From Betaproteobacteria bacterium (GTDB lineage Bacteria; Pseudomonadota; Gammaproteobacteria; Burkholderiales; SG8-41): 45,934 nt of DNA. Where the stretch lies: assembly GCA_947465215.1 (NCBI GenBank), contig CANHZX010000002.1:1-45934 (forward strand), given 5' to 3'. Positions 24,553-34,503 of the stretch are shown here, in pieces; positions within the stretch are counted from its first letter, which is position 1, and every line of letters begins with the position of its first letter. Both the position numbers and the translations under genes were made by a program. The notes beneath the pieces were generated by a model, which ran no database searches, had not been told where the DNA came from, and was given only the letters and a program-made list of their open reading frames with translations.

Positions 24553-25527
24553 TTACTGGTTGCCGCTGATGCCAGCCTCCTTGATCAGCTTACCCCAGCG
24601 GTCACTTTCCAGCTTGAGGAATTCGCCGTACTGCTGCGGCGTGCTGTAGACCGCTTCCACGCCGTAAACCGCCAGTTTGTCTTTCACATCCTGCGTCGCC
24701 AGCGCGCGACCGAGATCGGCCGACACCTTGTCGATGATCGGCTTTTGCACGCCGGTCGGGAACAGGATGCCCCACCAGTTGGCCGCGGCAAAACCGGTAA
24801 TACCTTCTTCGGCCAGCGTCGGCAGCTCCGGCGTGAACGGCGTGCGCGTTTCGCTGGTCACCGCCAATGCGCGCAGCTTGCCGGCCTTGATGTTGGCCAT
24901 CACCGGCTGGGCATCGGAGAACATCATCATGATGTGGCCGCCCTGCACTGCCGCAATCGAAAACACGCCGCCCTGGTAAGGCACGGTGGTGATATCGACT
25001 TTAGCGAGACGCTTGAACATTTCACCGGCGAGGTGCGACATGCTGCCCGCGCCGCTGGTGCCATAGGTCAACTCGGCAGGACGCGCCTTCGCCAGCGCCA
25101 CCAGCCCCTTGACGTTTTTCACCGGCAGCGTCACCGGCACCACCAGAATGTTGGCGGCGCGCGTGATCTGACCCACCGGCACAAAATCCTTCTCGACGTT
25201 GTAACGGACCTTGGTCATCAACGGATTGGCGGTCACCGGACCGAAATTGCCGAGCAGGAAGGTGTAACCATCGGCGGGTTGTTTGGCGGCGTATTCCATG
25301 CCCACCGCACCCGCGGCGCCGGGACGCGATTCCACCAGCACCTGCTGTCCCCAGTATTCGGTCAGCTTGACGCCGACAATGCGCGCCATTGCATCGGAAC
25401 TGCCGCCGGCCGGATAAGTCACGACAAAACGCACCGGTTTGGTCGGATAGGCCTGCGCATGCACCAGGCCACTGGCCAGCGCGGTAACGGCAAGGCAGGA
25501 CGCAATAAGACTGTTCTTGATACTCAT
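24553..25527 (-). CDS. Bug/TctC-family tripartite tricarboxylate transporter substrate-binding protein
   Basis: A signal peptide ending in VHAQA, followed by YPTKPVRFVVTYPAGGSSD, the typical Bug-family N-terminus. Confidence 0.9.
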   Translation of the reverse strand: MSIKNSLIASCLAVTALASGLVHAQAYPTKPVRFVVTYPAGGSSDAMARIVGVKLTEYWGQQVLVESRPGAAGAVGMEYAAKQPADGYTFLLGNFGPVTANPLMTKVRYNVEKDFVPVGQITRAANILVVPVTLPVKNVKGLVALAKARPAELTYGTSGAGSMSHLAGEMFKRLAKVDITTVPYQGGVFSIAAVQGGHIMMMFSDAQPVMANIKAGKLRALAVTSETRTPFTPELPTLAEEGITGFAAANWWGILFPTGVQKPIIDKVSADLGRALATQDVKDKLAVYGVEAVYSTPQQYGEFLKLESDRWGKLIKEAGISGNQ

Positions 25528-25651
25528 CGATCTCCTCCGATCATGATGGGTCTGGTTATGTGCCTGGTCTGTGCCCGGTTAAATCCGGAGCTACGAATCA
25601 GGAAGCGTAGTTATTCTAGCCCTGCAAACGGCAAACGCAACGGGCAAAGCT

Positions 25652-26836
25652 TCAGTCCAGGAACAAACCAATCAGGTCGTTGAGGAAACGGCGGCCCAGC
25701 GGCGTGGGCGTCGCACGGCGATGATCGCGGATCAGCAGGCCCCGCGCTTCTGCGGCGTCGAGCTGCGGCAGGATGCGGGTGAGGTCGAGGCCGGCGCGTT
25801 GCCGGAACAATTCGAGATCGAAACCGGCATTCAGGCGCAGCGCATTCATCATGAATTCACCGGGCAATTCGGCCGGAGTGACGTCTCGGCGCTCGTTGAT
25901 CACGTCGGCGTCGCCGGCGCGTTCCAGATAGGCCTTCGGCTGCCGTGTGCGGGATTCCCGCAAAACATTGTTTTTAAATGATAATTTTGCATGCGCGCCA
26001 GCGCCGATACCGAGATAGTCGCCGAACAGCCAGTAGTTGAGGTTATGCCGGCTCTGCCGGCCCGGTCGTGCAAAGGCGGAGGTTTCATAGTGTTCGAATC
26101 CGGCCGCCGCGAGTTGCGCCTCCACCGTGTCCTGCATCGTCGCCGCAGTATCGTCATCGGGCACGGTTGGCGGGTAACGGTGGAACCAGGTGTTCGGCTC
26201 GATCGTCAGGTGATAGGCACTGAGATGCTGCGAACCAAGGGCGATGGCCGCGGCAAGATCAGCCTCGGCTTCGGTCACTGTCTGCCCCGGCAAGCCGTAC
26301 ATCAAATCCAGATTCACGTTATCGAATGTGGCCAGCGCCAGTTCTGCGGCGCGGCGCGCTTCCTGCGCGTCATGGATACGGCCGAGCGCTTTCAGGTGCC
26401 GGTCATTCAAACTCTGGATGCCCAGCGACAGGCGGTTCACGCCGGCCGCGCGGAATCCGGAAAATTTTTCCGCTTCGACCGTACCCGGATTGGCTTCCAG
26501 CGTGATCTCCGCATCCGCTGCCAGCGGCAACCGTGCGCGGACACCGGACAACAGTGCATCCATCGCGGGCACCGACAACAGGCTCGGTGTGCCGCCGCCG
26601 ATGAACACCGTAAGCACCGGCCGCCCCCACACCTGCGGCAGGGCCATCTCGAGATCGGCGAGCAGCGCGGCAACATAAGCATCTTCCGGCAGCTCGCCAC
26701 GCGCCTCATGCGAATTGAAATCGCAGTAAGGACATTTGCGCACGCACCACGGCACGTGGATGTACAGCGACAGCGGCGGCAGCGCATCAAACTGCGGCGC
26801 CGACAATGAACCGGGGGCAAGCTTCAGGGAAGACAC
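25652..26836 (-). CDS. hemW: Radical SAM haem chaperone HemW (HemN-like, oxygen-independent coproporphyrinogen oxidase family)
   Basis: Radical SAM motif CVRKCPYCDF and the GGGTPS motif. The start is set at the GTG at 26836 (394 aa), because the ATG-initiated track ORF (to 27028) would overlap rdgB by 176 nt. Confidence 0.85.
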   Translation of the reverse strand: MSSLKLAPGSLSAPQFDALPPLSLYIHVPWCVRKCPYCDFNSHEARGELPEDAYVAALLADLEMALPQVWGRPVLTVFIGGGTPSLLSVPAMDALLSGVRARLPLAADAEITLEANPGTVEAEKFSGFRAAGVNRLSLGIQSLNDRHLKALGRIHDAQEARRAAELALATFDNVNLDLMYGLPGQTVTEAEADLAAAIALGSQHLSAYHLTIEPNTWFHRYPPTVPDDDTAATMQDTVEAQLAAAGFEHYETSAFARPGRQSRHNLNYWLFGDYLGIGAGAHAKLSFKNNVLRESRTRQPKAYLERAGDADVINERRDVTPAELPGEFMMNALRLNAGFDLELFRQRAGLDLTRILPQLDAAEARGLLIRDHRRATPTPLGRRFLNDLIGLFLD

Positions 26837-26852
26837 TTGATTGTGCTGTGAG

Positions 26853-27458
26853 TTACTGACTGGCGCGCAAACGCGCCACCAGTTGCGCCAGTGCACGCCC
26901 GCGATGACTGACACGGTTTTTTTCTTCGGGCTGCAGTTCTGCGCCAGTACGGCCGAATTCCGGCACCAGGAACAGCGGGTCGTAACCGAAACCGCCGCTG
27001 CCGCGCGGCTCGCGCAGAATCTCGCCATGCCATTCGGCTTCAGCGATCAGCGGCTGCGGATCATCGGCATGGCGCACCAGCACGATCACACAGTAATAAT
27101 GCGCGCTGCGATCGGTTGCTGATGACAGCGCCTGCAACAGTTTTACATTGTTGCGGCGATCCTGTTCGTCCCGTCCCGATGGGGCATCTTCGGCATAACG
27201 TGCCGAATGCACGCCGGGTTCGCCACCCAGCGCATGCACGCATACACCGGAATCGTCAGCGAGCGCGGGCAACCCCGTAATGCGGCTGGCGTGGCGCGCC
27301 TTGGCCAGCGCGTTTTCAATGAAGGTGCAGTGAGGCTCCTCGGCCTCCGGCACGCCGAGAGCACCCTGCGTGACTACTTCAATCGCCAGCGGCGCGAGGA
27401 TTGCAGCAATCTCGCGCAGCTTGCCCGGATTGTTGGAAGCGATGACGAGTTTGTTCAA
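26853..27458 (-). CDS. rdgB: Non-canonical purine NTP pyrophosphatase RdgB (dITP/XTP)
   Basis: The N-terminus KLVIASNNPGKLREI, with FGYDPLF and SHRGRA motifs. Confidence 0.92.
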   Translation of the reverse strand: MNKLVIASNNPGKLREIAAILAPLAIEVVTQGALGVPEAEEPHCTFIENALAKARHASRITGLPALADDSGVCVHALGGEPGVHSARYAEDAPSGRDEQDRRNNVKLLQALSSATDRSAHYYCVIVLVRHADDPQPLIAEAEWHGEILREPRGSGGFGYDPLFLVPEFGRTGAELQPEEKNRVSHRGRALAQLVARLRASQ

Positions 27459-27469
27459 CGCAGACCGTT

Positions 27470-28183
27470 TCAGCCGAGCGCAGCCCGCTGCGCAGCGATC
27501 AGCTGCGTAATACCGCTCTGCGCGAGGTCGAGCATGGCCTGCATTTCGGCGCGACTAAACGGCGCACCTTCCGCAGTGCCCTGCACTTCGATGATGCCAC
27601 CGGCTTCGGTCATCACCACATTCATGTCGGTGTCGCAATCGGAGTCTTCGGCATAGTCGAGATCCAGCACCGGCTGGCCCTGATAGACGCCGACAGAAAC
27701 CGCCGCGACGGCTTCACGCACCGGCGTCGCCGCCACGCGTTTTTCGCGGATCAGGAAATTCACTGCATCGGTCAGCGCCACATAAGCGCCGGTGATGCTC
27801 GCCGTGCGCGTGCCGCCGTCAGCCTGCAACACGTCGCAGTCGAGATGGATGGTGCGCGGTCCGAGCTTGTCGAGATCGACCACCGCACGCAGCGAGCGGC
27901 CGATCAGGCGCTGGATTTCCTGGGTACGGCCGGACTGCTTGCCGCGTGCCGCCTCACGGTCGGTACGGGTGTTGGTCGAACGCGGCAGCATGCCGTACTC
28001 GGCGGTCACCCAGCCACGTTCGGTCCCGCGCAGGTGGGGCGGCTGTTTTTCAAGCACGCTCGCCGTGCACAGCACCTTGGTGGCGCCGAATTCGATCAGC
28101 ACCGAGCCTTCGGCATGGCAGGTGAAATTGCGGGTGATACGGATGGCGCGAAGTTCATCGGGCCGGCGCTGGCTGGGTCGCAC
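27470..28183 (-). CDS. rph: Ribonuclease PH
   Basis: Conserved RNase PH sequence ([12 protein letters not shown]..., [28 protein letters not shown]). Confidence 0.95.
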   Translation of the reverse strand: MRPSQRRPDELRAIRITRNFTCHAEGSVLIEFGATKVLCTASVLEKQPPHLRGTERGWVTAEYGMLPRSTNTRTDREAARGKQSGRTQEIQRLIGRSLRAVVDLDKLGPRTIHLDCDVLQADGGTRTASITGAYVALTDAVNFLIREKRVAATPVREAVAAVSVGVYQGQPVLDLDYAEDSDCDTDMNVVMTEAGGIIEVQGTAEGAPFSRAEMQAMLDLAQSGITQLIAAQRAALG

Positions 28184-28251
28184 GGGACTCCTTCAATATG
28201 CTATGTTCAACGGTCCGCAATTATACGGCCCGCAGCAGGGGCCAACGCGCA

Positions 28252-29145
28252 ATGACCCGCAACACAGCCCTCGGTTCCACCATCTGCAGCATGACCGGTT
28301 ATGCCACCGCCGCGCGCGAACTCGCCTGGGGTTCGGTCAGCGTCGAATTGCGTTCGGTCAACCACCGCTACCTTGATGTCTCGTTCCGCATGCCCGACGA
28401 GCTGCGCCCGGCGGAAACCGCACTGCGGGAAGCAATCGCCGCTACGGTGACCCGCGGCAAAGTCGAGTGCCGCGTCGCTTATGCCCTGCGCAGCGGGGCA
28501 CAGAACAGCACCGACCTCGACGCCACGCTGCTCGCCCAGCTGCTGGAACTCAACAGCAAAGTCCGTAGCGCACTGCCCGAAGCCCGTACGCTGACCGTCG
28601 CCGACATCCTGCGCTGGCCCGGCATGCTGGGCGCCGATGAACTGCCGGTCGATGAGCTGCGCACCACTGCCAGCGAACTGATGCCGGAAGTGCTGCGCGA
28701 ATTCGGCGCGGCTCGCGCCCGTGAAGGCGAAAAACTCGCCGCTGTCATCCTCGAACGCGCCGCCGACATGCGCACGCGCATTGCCGTGGTACAGCCGCGG
28801 ATGCCGGGCATCATTGCCGCCTTCCAGGACAAGCTTAATGCCCGTCTGAAGGACGCGCTGGTGTCCGCGGATGATGAACGCGTGCGTCAGGAAATCGCGC
28901 TGTTCGTCAACAAGATCGACGTCGATGAGGAACTGTCGCGGCTGGCCACCCACCTCGATGAACTCGAGCGCATCCTCAAAAAAGGCGGCGCAGCCGGCAA
29001 ACGCCTCGACTTCCTGATGCAGGAACTCAACCGTGAAGCCAACACGCTGGGTTCCAAATCCGCGGACATCGAGGTCACCCGGGTCGCAATGGACCTCAAA
29101 CTGCTGATCGAGCAGATGCGCGAACAGATCCAGAACATCGAGTAA
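28252..29145 (+). CDS. yicC: YicC-family stress-induced protein
   Basis: The SMTGYA N-terminal motif, SVNHRYLD, and the C-terminal DVxEELxRL and REANTLGSK motifs. The start is ambiguous among 28198 (track), 28252 and 28291 (MTGYA). Confidence 0.85.
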   Translation: MTRNTALGSTICSMTGYATAARELAWGSVSVELRSVNHRYLDVSFRMPDELRPAETALREAIAATVTRGKVECRVAYALRSGAQNSTDLDATLLAQLLELNSKVRSALPEARTLTVADILRWPGMLGADELPVDELRTTASELMPEVLREFGAARAREGEKLAAVILERAADMRTRIAVVQPRMPGIIAAFQDKLNARLKDALVSADDERVRQEIALFVNKIDVDEELSRLATHLDELERILKKGGAAGKRLDFLMQELNREANTLGSKSADIEVTRVAMDLKLLIEQMREQIQNIE

Positions 29146-29152
29146 AACGGAA

Positions 29153-29761
29153 ATGAGCGGCAATCTTTACATCGTCAGCGCGCCCTCTGGCGCCGGCAAA
29201 ACCAGTCTGGTGGCCAAACTGCTCGAAAACGACGCCCGGATCCGCAAATCGGTGTCTTACACCACCCGCGGACCCCGCCCGGGCGAAACTGACGGCCAGC
29301 ATTACCACTTTGTGACCCCGGAAACCTTCGAAAAGAGAGCCCAAGCGGGGGATTTTCTGGAATCCGCGACCGTCCACGGCAACCGCTACGGCACTTCCCG
29401 CCGCTGGGTTGAAGAACAGCTGGCCGGGGATACCGACATCGTGCTCGAAATCGACTGGCAGGGCGCCGCCCAGGTCCGCGGGCTGATGCCCGCCGCGATC
29501 AGCATATTCATCCTTCCGCCCTCTTTTGAGGCCTTGCTGCAAAGGCTCAATTCCCGTGCCCAGGATGCCCCGGAAGTCATTGCGACCCGGCTCAGCAACG
29601 CGCGTGAGGAAATCAGCCATGTCCATGATTTTGATTATGTTATTATCAACGCTGAATTCAAGGCCGCGGCGGCGGAACTGCAGGACATCGTCCGCGCAGA
29701 ACGTTTGCGCACCGCACACCAGCTGGCCCGGCACACCGCGTTGATCAACCGACTCAAGTAG
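29153..29761 (+). CDS. gmk: Guanylate kinase
   Basis: P-loop [11 protein letters not shown] and YHFV; 202 aa. Confidence 0.95.
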   Translation: MSGNLYIVSAPSGAGKTSLVAKLLENDARIRKSVSYTTRGPRPGETDGQHYHFVTPETFEKRAQAGDFLESATVHGNRYGTSRRWVEEQLAGDTDIVLEIDWQGAAQVRGLMPAAISIFILPPSFEALLQRLNSRAQDAPEVIATRLSNAREEISHVHDFDYVIINAEFKAAAAELQDIVRAERLRTAHQLARHTALINRLK

Positions 29762-29768
29762 GACATCC

Positions 29769-29975
29769 ATGGCCCGCATTACCGTAGAAGATTGCATGAA
29801 GATCATCCCCAACCGCTTCGAAATGACGCTGGCGGCCACCTACCGTGCCCGGCAGCTCGCCAACGGCGCGCAGACGATGATCGATTCGACCCGTGACAAA
29901 CCGACGGTTGTGGCGCTGCGCGAACTCGCAGCGTCGAAATTCGGCGCCGAAATCCTCAACAAGAGCCCCACGTAA
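29769..29975 (+). CDS. rpoZ: DNA-directed RNA polymerase omega subunit
   Basis: The N-terminus is [30 protein letters not shown], the canonical RpoZ opening. Confidence 0.93.
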   Translation: MARITVEDCMKIIPNRFEMTLAATYRARQLANGAQTMIDSTRDKPTVVALRELAASKFGAEILNKSPT

Positions 29976-30012
29976 CAGGCGCATGCGCCCGCGGCTGAGG
30001 CGCGGCCCCTGA

Positions 30013-32196
30013 TTGCGGACGGCAAGATCCACCGTACGCATGAGCCCTTCAGCCCCCATCCCCATACCTGAAACAACCGCGCTGCCCACAGCGCCGGCGC
30101 TGTTTCAGGAATGGTCGGCTTACCTGAAGCCCGAGGATCTGTCGCAGATCCAAGCGGCTTACCATTTCAGCGAGTCAGCCCACGAGGGCCAGTTCCGCAA
30201 GTCGGGCGAGCCGTACATCGCCCACCCCCTGGCCGTGGCCAGCATCCTCGGCAAGTGGCATCTGGATTCACAGGCGCTGACCGCGGCGCTGCTGCACGAC
30301 GTCGTCGAAGACACCGAAGTCACCAAGAACGAGATCGCCGAGCAGTTCGGCCGTCCGGTGGCCGAACTGGTCGACGGCGTATCCAAACTCGATCGCATCC
30401 AGTTCGACACCCAGGAAAAGGCGCAAGCGGAAAACTTCCGCAAGATGCTGCTGGCAATGGCACGCGACGTACGCGTGATGCTGATCAAGCTCGCCGACCG
30501 TCTGCACAATATGCGCACACTGGATGCCGTGCATCCGGAAAAACGCCAGCGTATCGCGCGCGAAACCCTGGAAATCTACGCACCGATCGCCAACCGCCTG
30601 GGCCTGAACAGCATCTACCAAGAGATGGAGGACCTGTCCTTTCGCCACCTCTTCCCCGACCGTTTCCGCGTGCTGGCCAAGGCGGTACGCACCGCTCGGG
30701 GTAACCGACGTGAAGTGGTCAGCAAGGTGCTCGACGGCATCGAACGCAAGCTGCGCGAACACAACATTGAAGCGCAGGTCCAGGGTCGCGAGAAACACCT
30801 GCACTCGGTCTACCGCAAGATGCGCGAAAAGCATCTGTCCTTCGCGCAAGTGCATGACGTGTTCGGTTTCCGCATCATCGTGCGCGACAACATGGCCTGT
30901 TATGTCGCGCTGGGCCTGTTGCACAGTCTGTACAAGCCCATCCCCGGCAAGTTCAAGGATTACATCGCGATACCCAAGGCCAACGGCTACCAGTCGCTGC
31001 ACACCACGCTGTTCGGCCCCTTCGGCAGCCCGATCGAGATCCAGATCCGCACCGCCGACATGCACAAGATCGCCGAGGCCGGCGTCGCCTCGCACTGGCT
31101 CTACAAAAGTTCCGACACTTCGCTGTCGGACCTGCAGCAGAAGACCCACCAGTGGCTGCAGAGCCTGCTCGAGATGCAGTCCGAATCCGGCGACTCCATC
31201 GAATTTCTAGAACATCTGAAAGTCGACCTGTTCCCGGACGAGGTCTATGTGTTCACGCCCAAGGGCAAGATCATGTCGCTGCCGCGAGGCGCCACCGCAG
31301 TCGACTTTGCCTACGCGGTACACACCGACATCGGCAACCGCTGCGTTGCGGTCAAGATCAACCAGGAACTGACGCCGCTGCGCACCGAGCTGCGTAACGG
31401 CGACCGCGTTGAGATCATCACCGCCTCGCACGCCAAGCCCAACCCGCTGTGGCTGAACTTCGTCGCCACCGCAAAAGCACGCGCCCACATCCGCCATTTC
31501 CTGAAAACGATGCATTTTTCGGAATCGGTGCAACTGGGTAGCCGCCTGCTGCAGCAGGCCCTGTCGAATTTCAAGTTCACGCTGACCGAAGTCAGCGACG
31601 GCAAGTGGGATAAGCTGGTGCGCGACTCCAGCGCAAAATCTCGAGAGGAAATTCTTTCCGACATCGGCCTCGGCAAACGGCTGGCGGTGGTGGTCGCCCA
31701 CCAGCTGCTGGCGCGGAGCGAGCCGCTGCCCGACGAAACACGCTCCGGCGGTGCCGTGATCGTGCGCGGCTCTGAAGGTTTTGCGGTGCAGTTCGCGCGC
31801 TGCTGCGGGCCGATCCCCGGTGACCCGATCATCGGCATCATCAGCAAGGGTCAGGGCATGGTGATCCACACCCATGACTGCCCGGTTGCCGCCAAAGGCA
31901 ACCGCGACCCGGATCGCGTGCTCGACGTGCAATGGGATGCCAACCCAACCAAACTCTTCGACGTCGGCATCCGGCTTGTCGTCGCTAACCAGCGCGGCGT
32001 GCTGGCCAAAGTCGCTGCCGAAATCGCAGCGGCAGAATCGAACATTCAGAACGTCGCCGTCGATCCCGATGACGGCGGTACCTATACGGTCATGCGTTTC
32101 ACGGTGCAGGTGATGAACCGTATGCACCTGGCGCGGATCGTGCGCGATTTGCGCAAGATTCCGGAAGTGGTGCGCATCAGCCGTATCAAGGGTTGA
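30013..32196 (+). CDS. spoT: Bifunctional (p)ppGpp synthetase/hydrolase SpoT/Rel
   Basis: An intact HD hydrolase motif (HPLAVASIL...LLHDVVEDT), a RelA/SpoT synthetase domain, and TGS and ACT domains. The track start is the TTG at 30013; the ATG at 30040 is an alternative. Confidence 0.93.
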   Translation: MRTARSTVRMSPSAPIPIPETTALPTAPALFQEWSAYLKPEDLSQIQAAYHFSESAHEGQFRKSGEPYIAHPLAVASILGKWHLDSQALTAALLHDVVEDTEVTKNEIAEQFGRPVAELVDGVSKLDRIQFDTQEKAQAENFRKMLLAMARDVRVMLIKLADRLHNMRTLDAVHPEKRQRIARETLEIYAPIANRLGLNSIYQEMEDLSFRHLFPDRFRVLAKAVRTARGNRREVVSKVLDGIERKLREHNIEAQVQGREKHLHSVYRKMREKHLSFAQVHDVFGFRIIVRDNMACYVALGLLHSLYKPIPGKFKDYIAIPKANGYQSLHTTLFGPFGSPIEIQIRTADMHKIAEAGVASHWLYKSSDTSLSDLQQKTHQWLQSLLEMQSESGDSIEFLEHLKVDLFPDEVYVFTPKGKIMSLPRGATAVDFAYAVHTDIGNRCVAVKINQELTPLRTELRNGDRVEIITASHAKPNPLWLNFVATAKARAHIRHFLKTMHFSESVQLGSRLLQQALSNFKFTLTEVSDGKWDKLVRDSSAKSREEILSDIGLGKRLAVVVAHQLLARSEPLPDETRSGGAVIVRGSEGFAVQFARCCGPIPGDPIIGIISKGQGMVIHTHDCPVAAKGNRDPDRVLDVQWDANPTKLFDVGIRLVVANQRGVLAKVAAEIAAAESNIQNVAVDPDDGGTYTVMRFTVQVMNRMHLARIVRDLRKIPEVVRISRIKG

Positions 32197-34311
32197 TTGC
32201 CGATGAACGTGTCTGCACTGCCGACCCGCCTGCTGCTCGTCGAAGACGACGAAAACGACGCGATCCTGATTCTCGCTTCGCTGCGCCACGGTGGTCTGCA
32301 GATCAGCCATCGCCGGGTCTGGAGCAAGGCTGAATTGCAGGAAGCACTGACCCAGGAATCCTGGAGTGCCGTGCTCTGCGACTACAACCTGCCGCAATTT
32401 GACGGTCTCGCCGCACTGAAACTGGTGCGCGCGCATGACGCCGACATTCCCTTCATCATCGTCTCCGGCGCCATCGGCGAGGAAACCGCAGTGGCGGCAA
32501 TGCGCAGCGGCGCCCAAGACTTTGTAATGAAGCAGAGCCTGGGCCGGCTCGGCGCCGTACTGGTTCGCGAATTGAGCGAAGCCGAAATTCGCCGCGCCGC
32601 GCGCCTCGCCAGCAGCCAGCTCCAGGCCAAAGAAGCCCTGCTCGATTCCATCGTCACCACCGCGGCCGACGGCATCGCCGTGGTCAATGCCTCAGGCCTG
32701 ATCGAGTTCTCCAACCCGGCGCTGGCCACACTGACCGCGTACACGCCGGGGGAGTTGCTCGGCCTTCCGGTGAAGCAGCTGCTGCGTCCCGCGGCGGCGG
32801 CAGGCGCGGGATTCTGGGATGTGTTGTGTGAATCCACCAGCGCCATCCGTGCCGACACTACCAATCTGCAGATGCACGCGCATACCCGTAACGGCACCGT
32901 CATCCCGGTGGAAATCAAGGTCAGCCGGATGACGCTGGATGGCGCCCCAAAACTCACAGTGGTGGTGCGTGACGTCAGCGAACGTGCACGCTCCGAGGAA
33001 CGGATGTGGCGGCTGGCGCATTTCGATGAACTGTCGGGGCTACCCAACCGGTTGCTGTTCCGCCAACTGCTCGAACAGGCCATCCGCGACGCCAACCGCG
33101 AACGCAAGTCGATTGCCGTGCTGTTCATAGACCTTGACCGCTTCAAACTGATCAACGACACCGTGGGCCATGACAGCGGCGACATGGTGCTGCGCCAGGT
33201 CGCTGGCCGGCTGCGCCAGTGCCTGCGCGAAGCCGACCTGCTGTCGCGCTTCAGCGGCGACGAATTCGCCGCGCTGCTTCGCGAGATCGATGACCCGGAA
33301 GCTGCGCGCGCCAGCGCGCAGCGGGTGCTCGCCGCAGTGGCGCAGCCTTATGAGATCAACGGCGAAACCTATCACCTCTCGGCCAGTATCGGCATCAGCA
33401 TCTACCCCGGCGACAGCCCCGACGCCACCGCGCTGCTGCGCAATGCCGAACTGGCGATGTACCGCGCCAAGGACCAGGGCAAGAACAATTTCCAGTTCCA
33501 TTCACCGCAGATGAACGCGCGTTCGCTCGAATACGTGGTGTTGGAGCGCTCGCTGCGCCGTGCCATCGAACTCGATGAATTCATGGTTCATTTCCAGCCG
33601 CAATTTGATCTGACGGACGGCCGCATCGTCGGCGCGGAAGCGCTGCTGCGCTGGAATCTGCCCGAGGTCGGCATGATCCCCCCGGTCAAATTCATCCCGC
33701 TGGCCGAAGAAACCGGGTTGATCGTGCCGATCGGCCGCCTGGTGCTGATGCGCGCCTGCATGGCCGCGAAGAAATGGCAGGAATCAGGGCTCAGCAACTT
33801 CCGTGTAGCAGTGAATCTGTCGCCGCGGCAGTTCAACCAGAGCGAACTGGTCATCGACATCATCAACATCCTCAAAGATACCGGCCTGCCGCCGGAAAAT
33901 CTTGAACTGGAAATCACCGAAAGCATGGTGATGGCCAATCCGGAGGGTGCGACGGCGATCCTGCGCGAACTTCGCGCAGTCGGCGTTCATCTCGCCATCG
34001 ACGACTTCGGTACCGGATACTCTTCGCTTGGCTACCTGAAGAGTTTCCCGGTACATACGCTGAAGATCGACGGCTCCTTCATCAAGGACATCCCCGCCGA
34101 CCCCGACGACGTCGCCATCACCCAGGCGATCATCGCCATGGGCCATAGCCTGCGACTGGAAGTCGTCGCCGAAGGTGTGGAAAGCGCGGCGCAACTCGAT
34201 TTTCTGCGCAATAACGGCTGCGATTTCCTACAGGGTTATCTGGTCGGCATGCCGATGCCGGCGGAAGAATTCAACGTTCTGCTGGCCGAACGCACGCACT
34301 GGTCGCTGTAA
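32197..34311 (+). CDS. Response-regulator receiver - PAS - GGDEF(SGDEF) - EAL c-di-GMP turnover protein
   Basis: REC domain (LLLVEDDENDA...CDYNLPQFDG...FVMK) and a PAS domain. The GGDEF domain has READ-x5-SGDEF at 33226-33267. The EAL domain has the EAL motif at 33637-33645, plus DDFGTGYSSL, KIDGSFI and EGVE. It starts at the TTG at 32197 or the ATG at 32203, immediately after the spoT TGA. Confidence 0.9.
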   Translation: MPMNVSALPTRLLLVEDDENDAILILASLRHGGLQISHRRVWSKAELQEALTQESWSAVLCDYNLPQFDGLAALKLVRAHDADIPFIIVSGAIGEETAVAAMRSGAQDFVMKQSLGRLGAVLVRELSEAEIRRAARLASSQLQAKEALLDSIVTTAADGIAVVNASGLIEFSNPALATLTAYTPGELLGLPVKQLLRPAAAAGAGFWDVLCESTSAIRADTTNLQMHAHTRNGTVIPVEIKVSRMTLDGAPKLTVVVRDVSERARSEERMWRLAHFDELSGLPNRLLFRQLLEQAIRDANRERKSIAVLFIDLDRFKLINDTVGHDSGDMVLRQVAGRLRQCLREADLLSRFSGDEFAALLREIDDPEAARASAQRVLAAVAQPYEINGETYHLSASIGISIYPGDSPDATALLRNAELAMYRAKDQGKNNFQFHSPQMNARSLEYVVLERSLRRAIELDEFMVHFQPQFDLTDGRIVGAEALLRWNLPEVGMIPPVKFIPLAEETGLIVPIGRLVLMRACMAAKKWQESGLSNFRVAVNLSPRQFNQSELVIDIINILKDTGLPPENLELEITESMVMANPEGATAILRELRAVGVHLAIDDFGTGYSSLGYLKSFPVHTLKIDGSFIKDIPADPDDVAITQAIIAMGHSLRLEVVAEGVESAAQLDFLRNNGCDFLQGYLVGMPMPAEEFNVLLAERTHWSL

Positions 34312-34503
34312 CAGCCGCCACGGTCATTAATGATCGCGGCAGCCTGATTGTCGAAGGCTATCCGGATGACAAATCACTGACGCACTGCAGACTGCGCAAG
34401 ATGACCCGCCCGACTGCTACAGTGATGTCATCAAACCGGAGACCTGCGAAGACCATATCGAGGCCTCGCGCCGGAATGCCGAATACCGCCTGGTGCCGAC
34501 CTG

